The notes beneath the pieces are model-generated. The model worked only from the letters and a program-made list of their open reading frames with translations. It did no database searches and was not told the DNA's origin. Positions 1-12,400 of a stretch of 64,000 nt of DNA are shown one piece after another. Position 1 is the first letter of the stretch. Each line of letters begins with the position of its first letter. Source of the DNA: Marsupella aquatica (lineage: Eukaryota; Plantae; Marchantiophyta). A program made the position numbers and the translations under genes. The stretch lies in contig OZ316894.1 of NCBI GenBank assembly GCA_973895155.1, positions 25,294,709-25,358,708 on the forward strand, in the 5' to 3' direction.

Positions 1-1613
1 GTAGTGGTGTAAAAAAGCTTACTTCAGCAATCGACGCCCCCGGACAATGCCCTCGAGGCCTCGACCGCCATGGCTCGATCGATCATTCGAATCGGCTCGG
101 GGAGAGTCAGGTACTCAGGTCCAGTTCATGCCTCGAGGGGGACACTTATTATTGTACCGCACAGATCATGCAATGATGGTTGCTGACATCGCCAGCACCT
201 TCGCGCTACGTTGCTGGCCTACTACTACTACTACGGGACTACTGCGAGTCTGCGACGACCACGACTGTGACGAAACTTGAGCAGTTGGGTCATGACTCAT
301 TGGCAGACGAGGCCGTTCAGGTTTGGGGAGAATGAGAGATGCCTTCGTTTCTGGGAGGTGTGATTCCCCTCATGCTGTGTGCAAATTGGACTGTAGTGGG
401 ATTATTTCGTTCTCAGGAGAGATCACTCTTTTGTGCACCGAAGACTCAGACGGTCCAGCGAAGCAGAGCAAATGCAGGAGGGCTTGATCGGGAAGGCTGT
501 GCTGTTCTTTGCTGCGGCGCCACCCACAGCCTGCCTGTGTGCAAAAAACAAAAGAACAGAAACAAAAGCAACCAAAAACAGTCGCAGTCAAAGGAATGAG
601 AGGTGGCCCTCTTGCTCCCTCAAAATGTTCCTCGTGGCGGTCTGTTCTGCTCTGGTTCTTCTGTTCGCTGTTCTGATCTGTTCCTTCTTAGAGTGCTGTT
701 CTCTGTCGTCCAGACGGGCATGGTTTCTGCATTAGGGCCCTCAGGTTTTGGAGGACAAACGCCCGATCCATCCCACGACGGCTACTGCCCGAAGGACTTT
801 GCGAATGTACGGAGAATCGGATGATTCCAACGGATTGTTCGGACCATTTGAAGTCCAACTTGTCGCTACGGTATACGTGCCATCTTCGCAATCAGCCGTT
901 GTGGTTGTGTGGCACGAGCTTACATCCAACTTTGGGCACACGCGAACGTAGAGTTGCGGAGAGTTCGTTTGTCAAGAACCTGAATGAATCACGTAAAAGA
1001 ACTCGAGAAACGAAGCCCGATTTGCTGGCGACAGTTGATGACGAGGTCCGGTAGATTCCAAGACTCCTCCGTATTGTCCCAGGTTTTGTTGTGTCCTCGT
1101 CTATCTGTTTGATCGACTCGTCGGTTCTCATTTGGAGTCATTCATACGCTACGGACGGTCAATTCGATCCCCGTTGACAACAAACATGGTTGCACTTTCC
1201 ATGGATAAGGACTGAGAGTGGATAGGATTTAGACAGTCAGTCACACTTCGCTTCACTTCCCATTCCATCCAACTTCACTATCTCCACTCAGGCCGACGAC
1301 GCAGTTCATGAACTACTGCACGTGGTCCTGAGTCCACATACTTCAACTATATAGCTCTTTCTGCCGTTTCAAGGACTGTTTTCGATATTAAGGTCCCATG
1401 ATCCCATCAAACAATATTTATTAGACATCAGACAGTGTAACATTGAGAACCCTGATCGTAGGCGAGGGCGAGCCTTGGGGTTGCTGGCAACATACTTCCA
1501 AAAATAGTACGTAGTAAGTTTGGGAGGATAAAGTTGAATGGGAACTAACGACAGATGGTCAGATGCGCTTTGGCTGGAGTTACATGAGGTGGTTTGCTCA
1601 ATCTAGGGCAAGA

Positions 1614-1776
1614 AGTTAATGACTGAGGTCATTCGATGACTCCTGTCTCGGGTCAATTTAGGGCGGTTCATGATTTCGCAGGGTTGATCAATTCCCAAGG
1701 AAAAAAGTTAATGACTGAGGTCATTCGATGACTCCTGTGTCTCGGGTCAATTTAGGCGGTTCACGATTTTCGTAGG
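1614..1776. repeat. Direct tandem duplication of about 70 bp
   Basis: agttaatgactgaggtcattcgatgactcctgt..ctcgggtcaatttag.gcggttca occurs at about 1614 and about 1707. Confidence 0.9.
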
Positions 1777-4518
1777 GAAAGGAGTTAATAATGATGCTGT
1801 ACGTCAGCAAATCGATTGTTCAGCGGATGAGATATCCTATTCTGTCCAGAGAATCAGAGATGGTAAACGAAGGCTTACAACAAAAGCGGGCATCGGAATG
1901 CTGATTTGTGACTCAACGGGAAGCTTTCCGCGGATTTCGCTGACGAGATAGACGGCCATTCAGGGTGAAATGTCACAAACCCTGGCGGGAATTGCAATTC
2001 GGTGAAGAGAAGTGAGTATTTACTGCACTGGACAAGACGTACCCTGAACATTCCATGTAAAACAGCCAGAAGGATGAGGGAAATCCGCAAAGACCGGGTG
2101 GTCAGCTCATTTGAGCTGGCTGCCCAGGGGTGAAGAATAGTTACACTAATGGGTCCACCGCAAGGGACGAAGATGAGGAGGAAGCCGGATAACTAAACTG
2201 CAGCAGACTATGTACGTTCTTTTGAACCAATATTTGTTCTCCAAAAATTCGACGTCTCGCTGGTTCAGTGCTGTACTCTAAAAAAAATTTTAAAAATTGA
2301 TTCTAGTGACATCACATTGGTAATATTGACTTGCACATAAGTTTTAGATGTCAAGGTCCTCAAGTTTGTCGCTGGAAACAGTAGCGTAGAGTAAAGAATC
2401 GAAAATTTCCAGAACGGGTGCTTACTTGTGACGGCTGACCCCCACTAGAAGATACAGAGGATCCCAGGGCACGGCTTTTTCGAAAGCAAAGCAGAGAAGA
2501 GGAAAGTAAAGACCATGGTCGTTGCTGGGAACGGCTCCTTCGTCTGACAGAGGACGACGGGGAGAAAAAGGAATTCCGGGTCAAGGAATTGAACCCAGTT
2601 CGGACAGAATTTCAGAGAAGAAGAAAAAATCCTCAGGTGAAATTAAACGTCCCAAAAATGATTGTCATCCGGTGTGAATGGAGGAATTAAATTAATCATA
2701 GATGAGAATTAAATTAATCGTAGATAGGACAAACAAACTTTCCGTTGTCGGCGACTTCCCAGAGAAGAAAGGAATTTCCCTTCCCCTGCTAGAAGTTAAG
2801 ACCTACACGTCCAATCCGCGAGCAGTGCCAGGGAGGGTAGAAACAAACACTAAGCAGTTGTCAATCATTCCGCTCATTCTTCTACATTGCGGTTTTGAAA
2901 ATGGTAATGGACAAATTAGAATCCTAGTTTCAAACTGAAAAAATACGCATTTCCACGTGCCTCAAACTCTCAAAGAGTTTTATTTACCAGAACGTTTCCT
3001 GTCGTGCCAATTGTGGGCTTCGATAAAGAAGCATGCTTTCAGGTTTCTATCATTCTAAAATGGTGGCACTTCAATCGAACTGAATTAATTATAGTGATCA
3101 CGTTACGTCATAAAAGAAGAGAACAAAGAGAGAAATTTCACCAGGAATTCGGGTCTGTATCGAAAGTTCACAACAGCACGGTGGATCCATTCGCAGCTCT
3201 TAACGAACACACGTAGCTTGTGGTTAGCACTCGTTTCGAACAACCCACACGATAGAGGGCGTCCTGGTTATGGGGATAGTTCACAATTTATTAAACTGAA
3301 ATGCCCCAATTCAAACATCTTTCGGTCAGTGTTTCATGTAAATTTGAGGTTTTCTGTTTCCCCTGAACCAACAACAAATGGAGTGGTAAACTCTGAACAC
3401 GGGAGCTCTAGTTCCAGAAGATTTTGGCATCCTTGAGAATGACCACGAAGAGCTCAAGGACAAATTTTTGCAGAGTCGTCTAAGGTCTTCAAGCCAATTC
3501 TTTAGCATTCCCAGTATGAACCACATTGATCACAATCTCCTGTTTGAGCATACAAATACAAGTGTCCCAAATCCAGCAGAACTACAAAAGCCTCTATTCA
3601 ACAGATCCGCAATTCCAATCTCAGCTCTTCGACCATTCTCCTCCTCAACCCCACAAACAAGAAGGCTGCCACTCATGCTTCGAGGCATAAAATTTCATTA
3701 CGAACTTGTAACTCACAAATCAATGAAGGGCAAGCAATAGAGGATTTGTATCTTACAAGGAAAGAATAAAAATATGCCCTAAGAAGTAAATACCTTTCTT
3801 CTTGTCTTTCCCTAGCAGTTGCCTTTTGATGATCAGCGCATTGGCCCGGCGCCTTCTACCTCCCAAATGATGCTATTCGTTACTTGTCCCTTTCTATCAT
3901 GAAATGAAGAAACCTCGTAATCACATACGAAGGCAAAATGCTCATGATCCTAATTCTACAAAACCCTGTTTCGAGAAACTCAAGGCCATGGACGTGCTAA
4001 ACCGACCACCTTCGTCGAGAAAGTGCGTGATGTACGAAATTTCCCTTGGCCTACGACTTCGAAAGTTCTATGACTATACAGTTGACCAGGATGAGAATGG
4101 AGGAGTTGAATTCCATCTCAATTTTGTCAATCTGACAGAAGGGCAACAGAAGTAACCGTGAGGACTTCATGGACTAGGACGAGAACAGAGTTTTGCATTG
4201 AATTCCTCTTCCAAAGGTACCCGCTCCGTGCGAGGTACCTAAAAGCCTGCGTACCGGAAATTTCCTGCAAAAGAACTGGATTGCGCGGCAAAAAGAGGAC
4301 TGCGAAACTCGTTGGAACAAGTCATGCTCTGAAATTGGGGCTTCTAATCGACTCGGATTTGAATCGACTGATTGATCCCCCAACGGCATCAATCGACATC
4401 GTTCGTTCTTGGGCTCTCAACCTCTCAGCTGGAAGGTCAAAGTTCAAAAGGAGTGTACACGCTGCTGAATAAATTGGTGGATAAAATAAAATCCAACTAG
4501 GTATTTCAGTATTTGTCA

Positions 4519-6444
4519 TTATTCTACTTCCTGCGTTAGCCCTTGATGGTACATACTGCTCAATGGCCACGGCATACAGTTGTTTCCGTTCGTCGCCCAC
4601 GGCATACAACTATATCTCGCCCCCTTCCCATCCGACTTTCCATTGCTTGCCCATGGCATACAACTATATCTGTACCCCTTCTCCTCCTTCTTGTCCTCCT
4701 CCGACTTTCCGACCAGCTCCTGCTCGCTTTCAGACCCCTTCCTCCCACCATTCGCCTGCCTCTCTTCATTTCCTGGCCCCTTCCTACCATTCGCCTGTTT
4801 ATGATTCTGCCCGCCTTGGTGCCCCGACCCCTTCCTCCCGTTCACCTGCTTCTGCTCCGGAGCACCTCCCTCCTTCCCGTTCTTCCCATTCAAAACCGCC
4901 CCGCTTTTCCCCAGCACGTCCTTCAGCCGAATGTGCGTAACCCCACACAGCGCCCGAGTAACGGCAACATATCCCGTCACCCCCGCGGGCGGAAAGATGA
5001 GCCAATTCCCCTCGCTCCTCTCCGGCCTCCACTTCTCGTGCCAGATCTTCTTCCCGCCCAGCCCCAGGTGCTCCTGCAGCTTCGCGTACGCCACCCTCGC
5101 CGGCTTCTCCACCAGCGCCGGTACGTTCAGAATCGACCCCAAATTCATCAGCGGCGCAAACCCGAAGGTCAGGTACGTCGCGCCCTCCTCTTGCAGCAGG
5201 GCCAGCGCCTGCGTCGTTAGGATCTCCGTCACCCCTCTCGGCGACCCCGCGACGGCCAGCAGCGGGTCGAGCAGGTACCCGTCCACCCCCCCGCACCGGA
5301 TCATCGTCGCCAGCCCGGCCACCTTGCCGGAATCCGGCGCCCGGACATACAGGTGCCTACACGCGCCCGGGAATAACCACGGCTCCAGCACCGTCGAGTA
5401 CGTCTGCGGGATCCCACGCGCGTTCCTCTCCTCCCTCCACTCCTTGTACAGCGCGCTCAGCTCCGCCTCCAGATCCAGCGACCGGCTCCCCGCCCGAGTC
5501 GGGTCATACACCTCCACTTTCCAACCCGCACTGGCTAACCGCCGGTTATCCCGGCGAATCGTCTGAAACCCCTTCCCTACCGCGATGACGTCGGTGGTCG
5601 GGTTAAGCACGGACGCGACCGCGAACTCCATCGCGCCCCACCCCGCCCGGTTCACTGCGTGGTCCACGAGCCGTGCGGTCGCGCCGATGACAGTCACCCG
5701 CCACTTTCGCCGTTTCGCATAAGCGCAGAAGGAATCGAAGATTTGGCCCACCTGGTTCGCGTCGCAGAGCGGGTCCCCGTACATGACTGCCACGCCGTAG
5801 CAGGGCTTGAAGCTGATCGCGTACTCAGGCATGGACGAGGGAGAGGTGGGAGGAAGGTATATAGAGAACGAGGGGTCGATGAAGCCGGCATGTGACGGTA
5901 ACCCGTAATTGTTCAAGAGGGTTGTAATTATTTCCGGAATTCCTTCCGAGAGAATGTTTTCAATCCGCGGTTGGGGGGTGGGTGAGGGACCTGACCCGTT
6001 CGAGGAAATAAGTTTATCGGTGACAGACGGAGTACTAGGAGGGGAGGGTTTGGAGCCCTTCAACATTAGTTGTTTAGTGGGGAGACCATCGCTCGAGGAA
6101 TCCGAGGAATTGGCACTGGTGTCACTCTTCTGAGACGGAGAGACCGAGGAGTGGGAAGGTGGGCGGATGTGCAGCATTTTCTTAGTGACGAGTTGGTAAG
6201 TGTTGGGTCGTCTTCCATTCTTCGGCCGCTGATGATTGGAATCGTCCAGTCGGACCTCCTTCAATCCGTTGACACCATTCTCCAAAACTCCCCCGTTTAC
6301 GCCGTTCACTCCATGATGATCCGTAACTCCGTTAACACCATGATCCATTACTCCGTTCACACCATGATCCATCACTCCGTTCACACCATGATCCATGAAT
6401 CCGTTCACTCCATTCTCCATGTCCTGAGAGTATGTGCCGTTCAT
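4519..6444 (-). CDS. Free-standing DUF2156 (phosphatidylglycerol lysyltransferase C-terminal-like / aminoacyl-tRNA transferase) protein, ErgS-like, about 641 aa, with low-complexity N- and C-terminal extensions
   Basis: Uninterrupted ORF with first ATG at 6444; the track's TTG start at 6480 overlaps a likely acceptor, ttgccag|. Core motifs YGLPSHAGFIDPSF, VAVMYGDPLC, SVLNPTT, LEAELSALYKEWREERN, PQTYSTVLEP, GYLLDPLLAVAGSPRGVTEIL, YLTFGFAPL and GGKKIWHEKWRP follow the order and spacing I recall for fungal free-standing DUF2156 proteins. Probable 5'UTR intron at 6474-6596 (GT..AG). Confidence 0.85.
   Translation of the reverse strand: MNGTYSQDMENGVNGFMDHGVNGVMDHGVNGVMDHGVNGVTDHHGVNGVNGGVLENGVNGLKEVRLDDSNHQRPKNGRRPNTYQLVTKKMLHIRPPSHSSVSPSQKSDTSANSSDSSSDGLPTKQLMLKGSKPSPPSTPSVTDKLISSNGSGPSPTPQPRIENILSEGIPEIITTLLNNYGLPSHAGFIDPSFSIYLPPTSPSSMPEYAISFKPCYGVAVMYGDPLCDANQVGQIFDSFCAYAKRRKWRVTVIGATARLVDHAVNRAGWGAMEFAVASVLNPTTDVIAVGKGFQTIRRDNRRLASAGWKVEVYDPTRAGSRSLDLEAELSALYKEWREERNARGIPQTYSTVLEPWLFPGACRHLYVRAPDSGKVAGLATMIRCGGVDGYLLDPLLAVAGSPRGVTEILTTQALALLQEEGATYLTFGFAPLMNLGSILNVPALVEKPARVAYAKLQEHLGLGGKKIWHEKWRPERSEGNWLIFPPAGVTGYVAVTRALCGVTHIRLKDVLGKSGAVLNGKNGKEGGAPEQKQVNGRKGSGHQGGQNHKQANGRKGPGNEERQANGGRKGSESEQELVGKSEEDKKEEKGYRYSCMPWASNGKSDGKGARYSCMPWATNGNNCMPWPLSSMYHQGLTQEVE
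6265..6420 (-). repeat. Coding tandem repeat, 24-nt unit encoding (NGVMDHGV)n, in the N-terminus of the DUF2156 protein
   Basis: About 5-6 copies of ccatgatccat(c/t)actccgtt(c/a)aca on the + strand; the protein reads GVNGVMDHGVNGVMDHGVNGVTDHHGVNGVNG. Confidence 0.9.
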
Positions 6445-9400
6445 GTCACCACCAACCAAGACCACGTTTTCACCTGGCAAACAGACTCTGTGCGAACTGG
6501 CGATCGCGATCTCTCCCCCTTTCAGTCACGCCGCAGTCGTAGGTTCCAACGCAGGTCTCTCGAGGAGAGCTACGATGACAAGGTGACGCTAGCTACCTGC
6601 ACAATCATATCCCCCACCACTTTTAAAAACACCATCCAGCTACAGCAACTCTCGTCTGCGTTGGCCAACTCCTTCACTCTGCCCTCAGTGCGCTACCGCT
6701 GGAACGCTGGCCTCGAGTAAAAATTTCAGATGAAAAGCAAACTTAACCTGCGAAACCTGTCCACCAACCCACCACCGTCTTTTCACCGTCTAACTGGAGA
6801 AACTGGAGTTTGCCACGGCCTACACGATCACTCCACTAAGTCGCCCTACAGTTCGAACGTAGGCCTCCAGAAGATCTACGAGTAAACGCAGACTAAAATC
6901 TGCACAAAGCATCCATGAGCAGGAAATTAATAACAACGACTTCACCCGAAAAAACCTGAGAAAGGTAAACCGATCCTAAGCACACACTCAATCGATGGCA
7001 ATCTCCCGTAGGCAAAATTCAACCGAGCAGTTCGTCTTCTCCTGATCGCAATCAACAGGTGACACCCTAGATCGTGATCTGGTAACATCCACACATCCCA
7101 AACTGGCGCTTTTTGTCCCATTTCTGAACGAGTTCTCCCACCGACTATCTTCTACAGAGCCAGCTCGCCAAAGAAATCTTCGGAACGACAGTGAGACCTC
7201 ATCCCCGTGCAACTCCTCCTACCAGCTAATCCACAGTACCCACTTGCCGCGGATGCCTTCCGCACGCCCATGAGACTGCTCCTCCAGGAGATCGGCATGC
7301 TAATCAACTATTCGCAGCCTGCTTCTCGAGAAAGACTCCACAACTTTACTCCAGTCAATGAAACTGTTAACTTCCTGCCTGATCGCAAAAGGCGACATGC
7401 ACAAATGAATGTTCACGACGGTGAATCGCCACCGACAAGTTATATCCTGCATCGTGATCTGCTCTCTCCATCGCACACGGCCCTTCACGTCCTCATTTCC
7501 AAGCAAGTTTTCCTCAATCACCTATCATCTGCCGCACCCCTGCTTCCGGACGAAATCTTCGGAAGGACCTTGAGACAGTACTACTCAAGGAGCTCAACGT
7601 GCACTGTTATTCCCACCTCCTTCTCAAGACCGCTCTCCACTTATATGTGTCCACTCACTGAAAATGGGAGTGACCTCACTCGTAGCAAAAGGCGACATGC
7701 AAGGTCGAACGTTTGGGATTGGTGGATAGTTCGCAATCTTACCAAATCAGCTGAAATCTTCAAACTTGGCTCGGGGTCCTGGGGGAATCGATCTAGATTG
7801 CGAGCGCCCGTCCATCAAAACTACGACCCAGCGCGCCCCCCGAACAGGACATCAAACAGCAGCAGGATTTCGTCGCTCGCCCCACTCGACAGACAGGTCA
7901 TCACCGTTCCGTAGCTATTGGTTTGGAGAGAGAGAGGCTGCGGGTGACGAAGGAGAGCTTAAAATTTACGAACGAACAACCGTAAGACAGGGATAAGAGA
8001 GTGTCAACAGACAGACAGTAGGACACTAAGAAATGTTCACTTAACGCAGACACTACCAAAGCTCAAACAAAAACATCTGGAAACGTTCGGCAAACCAGCC
8101 GAACGCTAGAAGTCTATTGCCCGGATTGTGGTACACCATGACCACCAATCAAGTAAATCAATCAACGCCATCTGGAATGAAATCGAGCAATCTATCGGAA
8201 ATCATGGCGATCAGTCAACTATATATCCGGAAAACACGATTACAAGTAGAACACATCTAACCTAACAATCACCTTAGTGCGCTCTGTTCGCTTTCTCAGC
8301 CGTCCCATTGTTCGCTGAATTCACTCATCCACAGACGACATCACGACTCACATAAATTAGATGCGCATGAACTAACAAGATCAGAGGACACAGCGTCGAT
8401 GGTTACTTGCGCAGGTCGGCGGCTCCTTCGCTGACGGCTGCTACTTGCCGACGATGCTGACCGGACGTCGGGCTCCGCTAGTCGCCAGGACCAGAGACGG
8501 AGAGATTTCCCTCACATGGTCCGGAACACGGAACGCTTGAGCTGCGAAGTGACCGTTCGTTGTGGCTTCTTCAAATTGCTGAAACAGAGAAAACAGGAAC
8601 GTCAAGCACTGGGTTACCAAGCTGCTATCGGCCATGTTCCAAAGCGCAAGATCTCAAGAAGCTTCCAGTCATGACGGTGCCTGGCCATGTCCAACGGTGC
8701 AAGCTTCAGAACAAGTTACATCATCTGCATTCGCAAGAATGATGCTAAGACGGATTCATTGAAGTCAAACACACGATCGAGCACGAATAGAAAAGCAGCA
8801 GCGAGTGTCAAAGAGTACGGCCATAGTACACCTCCTCTCTCTCTCGTCGAGATTGTCTTGTCTACTTGAGGTCCATTCGCAAGATGCTAAGACGGATCCA
8901 TTGAAGCCACCACACACGCACAAAGGAGTGTGAGCGCGTATACAACACGGGCAGCAAGTTGTCATAGGAATATGGTCTTCTTATTAGACGACTGTCATCG
9001 AGGTTCTCTTCTCTAGATGTACCTTTCGGGATTGCCTTTGTCTAGATCCCACCTCTCGAGAGATTGTCTCGTCTGGTTGTACCTCTTTAGTGCCCCCGGA
9101 TAGGAGTCTTACGTAGGCTGGACCAACCCTGTCAAACTTTTCTGGGCCGGGTGAGCAGCACCATCATCGGGCCTTTGGCAGGAGGGACGAACCTGTTAAA
9201 CCGGCTTCCATCCCCAGCACCACCTTCGCAACTACACTAGCTTTTTACGAGGTGCCTCGGAAATTCAACAAAATCTGCGTTAACTTGTCAGCTTACAGCA
9301 ACGGGCCCACGGAAGCGCAACAAGTTGGGCATATTTGCCAACTTGTGTGCGGCTGTTCCCGTTTCCAGAAATTCCTGTCACTTTTTGGAAGCTCGGTGGA

Positions 9401-12400
9401 AGTTCACGCGGGAGAAGCATGTGGGCTGGAAAAAAACCCTCACCCAGTTCTTATATCATTCTGTGATATTTACGAGGCCTCTGTTGCATGGGTGTTGAGC
9501 ATAAGTGAGATGGTCCAAGGGGAGTAGGCGGTAGGCCTGGCAACTGAAATGGCTTGGAAAAAAAACCTCAGCAAATTCTGATATTTAGTAGCGCTGGGTT
9601 GCATAGGTCTGCGCATAAGTGAGATAGTGAGATGGTCAAGGGGAGTGGGAGAGTAAGCCTGGCAATTGGATTTCAAGGAGTGTGGATTTCAAGGAGTGTG
9701 AAGGTTAAGAGGAGAGTGAGAAATTCAACATGGAAAAGGTGCATAGTGACACCTTTACATCCATCTAATGGTTAGAAAAAAATGTCAACATAATCTAACA
9801 GCTAGAGAGATTTCCCACCAGAACAAAGGTTTGTCAAAATTCACATAAGACAATAAGAACGAGATCAGTGTTGAGATGTATAAAATTTTCACTGAGAGTC
9901 TATTGTACATGACCCACTTTGTAAAGTCAAGCCATGGGCCATAATTTCTCTGGTAATAACAAAAGTGATAATTAGACTATGCTTGTGAGTAGGAAGGGCA
10001 TGGGATAGCAACCCGTCTTGTGCATACGCATGGGTAGTAGGGCTAGTGATTCATAATATAGAGCAGTCTTGCTTGTGAGATGTCTGTTTTGGAAATTAGG
10101 TCCATGATTTTGACAGTGGCAGCACCTAAATAGTCAAGTGAGTCCCCCATAAATATCAGTCCTGGAGGCTTTTTATTCTTTCCCAGTCCTTGAGGCTTTT
10201 TCCAGGAAGTCCAAACATAGGTGCACATAGTTCCCCACAAGAGTTGGCCTTACAATATAAAGACAATAGTAACAAGCCTTATTTGCAGAAGTTAATTAAG
10301 GGAAAGCTCGTCTGTTGTCCACCCAAGTCTTTTGGGAGGACTTAGGGCTGTTTCTAGCACATGAAAGACGGCTCATGATAGTCCCTGGCACTGGCCTTCT
10401 TATGAGCCTTCTTGAGTGACAAGTTTTGGTCATGCAGGATCAGGGAAATTTTACAGTTAATGATCGTGATCTAAAGGAATGCAGAATCACTTAAACACAC
10501 ACTTCAGACTCTGGTTTGAGTTAGTGCAAGCCCATGAAAGTAACATCGAATAGAATAGGTGTATAAATACTAAAATTACAAGTTATTTGTTTACAGGTCA
10601 CATGAAAATAAAAGAAAATAAAGTATGCATGATTGGATAAGTACGCATTCCCTCCAAAATCCAAAGTAAGTGCTTTAACCGCCACTAGCACTAGAAAAGG
10701 GGAAAAGTCCGAACCTTCCCCCTTTCCCACATTTCCTCCTGGCGATGCCATTCTGCTCCACAATTTTAGGAAAAATATGTATATTGCATCGAAATCTGGT
10801 ATTACCCAGGCTTGACCAGGCAGAGGGGTGGTTCTTAATAGATCAGTGACCATCGGTGGCATATCAGTGGGGGGCATTTTGACATAGGGAGAGGGTCGTC
10901 ATGTGTTGAACAACCAGGCTAGATATGGAGTGAATGCTCAAGTGGCACCGAATATCATTGTAGCAAGTCAACCTTTACATTGAAAGACTACTTTAATGCA
11001 AATACTAACGAGGGAGGTCAGGTAGGAGATAATAAAAACCCTGATGACATTACACTCCTCGTGGAAATATAGAGAAATTTCTCACTTCAGGCTTTAAACA
11101 CTTCACATTCTCCTCATCTCTTCCAAATTGAATTTTGGAAAGCTAAATGCTAAAGTAAGGCAGGTCGATCTGAAGCGGAGGAAAACAAGACGATGCCATG
11201 TTGAATTCTCATATCCGCAATTCACACAGCTCGCCAGCAAGAGTGAAGCTGACCTAAACAGCAACACTTAAAAAGTTGTACCCTTGGATGAGAGAATGGC
11301 CAGGAGAATTAAATCACCACTGTCCATTTCCAAAGCCTCATGGATCCCCCTCACCATAATGAATCAATGATATCTTAAACCACCAGTCCACCTATAAAGT
11401 GTTGTGGGTTACCCGCAGCTCTTGTTATAAAGATCAGAGTTTCAGCAACTCACTTGAGCTCCACAAAAGATGGCGAGTGCATAACCTTTTATTGGCAAGT
11501 GCTCCACCTGTTATGGGGAAACACTATTCACCACAGGACATGAATGAGGGAATGAAGCTTTTATATGGGCAGGTGTGGTTTAACAAAATAGATGTCACTA
11601 TATTGTACTCCCACAGCTTAGGGGACAATGACAGCTTAAGCCCTACCTTGCTAAGACAGAATTTGTAATGTCAAGGCAGAATAGCAACTTCCCCAGCCAA
11701 TTAACTCAGAATTACCATTTCCAGACAAAACTCAGTGCCCAGCAGGTAACCAATAAAGCCAATAACTCCTTAATTGGCATCCTGCACAGCAATATTGCAA
11801 CCTCCCACAACCTTGTGTACATGATCCAAATGAATTAAAAATGTTTTGTCAATAATCATCATCAAAGTCTGAGCAGCTGGATCAGATCAACCTTCATGGC
11901 AAAAGTCCATCATCGAAAAGTGAACTGCACGAGCAGCAAGAGATAATCTCAAGGTTGCCATTTTTTTGGTCCAAATGCCTATGTTGCCACTGTTTTTGTT
12001 TGTTTAATTCGTGCTTTGGCATCTTTTCCACAATGGGTAAGGTAGACTAAGTCAGGTTAGCTTACAATGATCTGGTGGTGGTCATCTGAACTCCCCTCAA
12101 CCCTGGCTGTCTGTCCAGCTACACCGTCCACCTTGAGGGCGAGTCCCTTGCTGTATTCGTCATACTATCCCAACCCATCCAGCTCCTGGTCACCACTAAT
12201 TTGTGATTGAAAGAGACCCACCCAAGTTTGAGGAAGGCTGGAATTATTTGTGCATTATTTGCAAAACTTGGAAAAACTCTTCCTTTACTCCTGATGTAAG
12301 GAAAAACCATGGACATTGATCACTATGTGGTCACTAGAATGGTTGGAAACAATTCAATAGAGCAGCACCCATTCCATGGTCGTAGTAATGCCAGAGAAAA

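Noticed and set aside
4543-6720. Long overlapping ORFs (4543-5220, 4931-5566, 6070-6720 on +; 4799-5296 on -)
   Set aside because: These are antisense or off-frame shadows of the GC-rich DUF2156 gene and carry no independent motifs.
7207-7914. 235-aa plus-strand ORF
   Set aside because: GTG start and no recognisable domain. It lies in the probable 5' leader or intron region of the DUF2156 gene and contains a diverged duplication with a period of about 300 bp (gcaaaaggcgacatgca at about 7385 and 7685).
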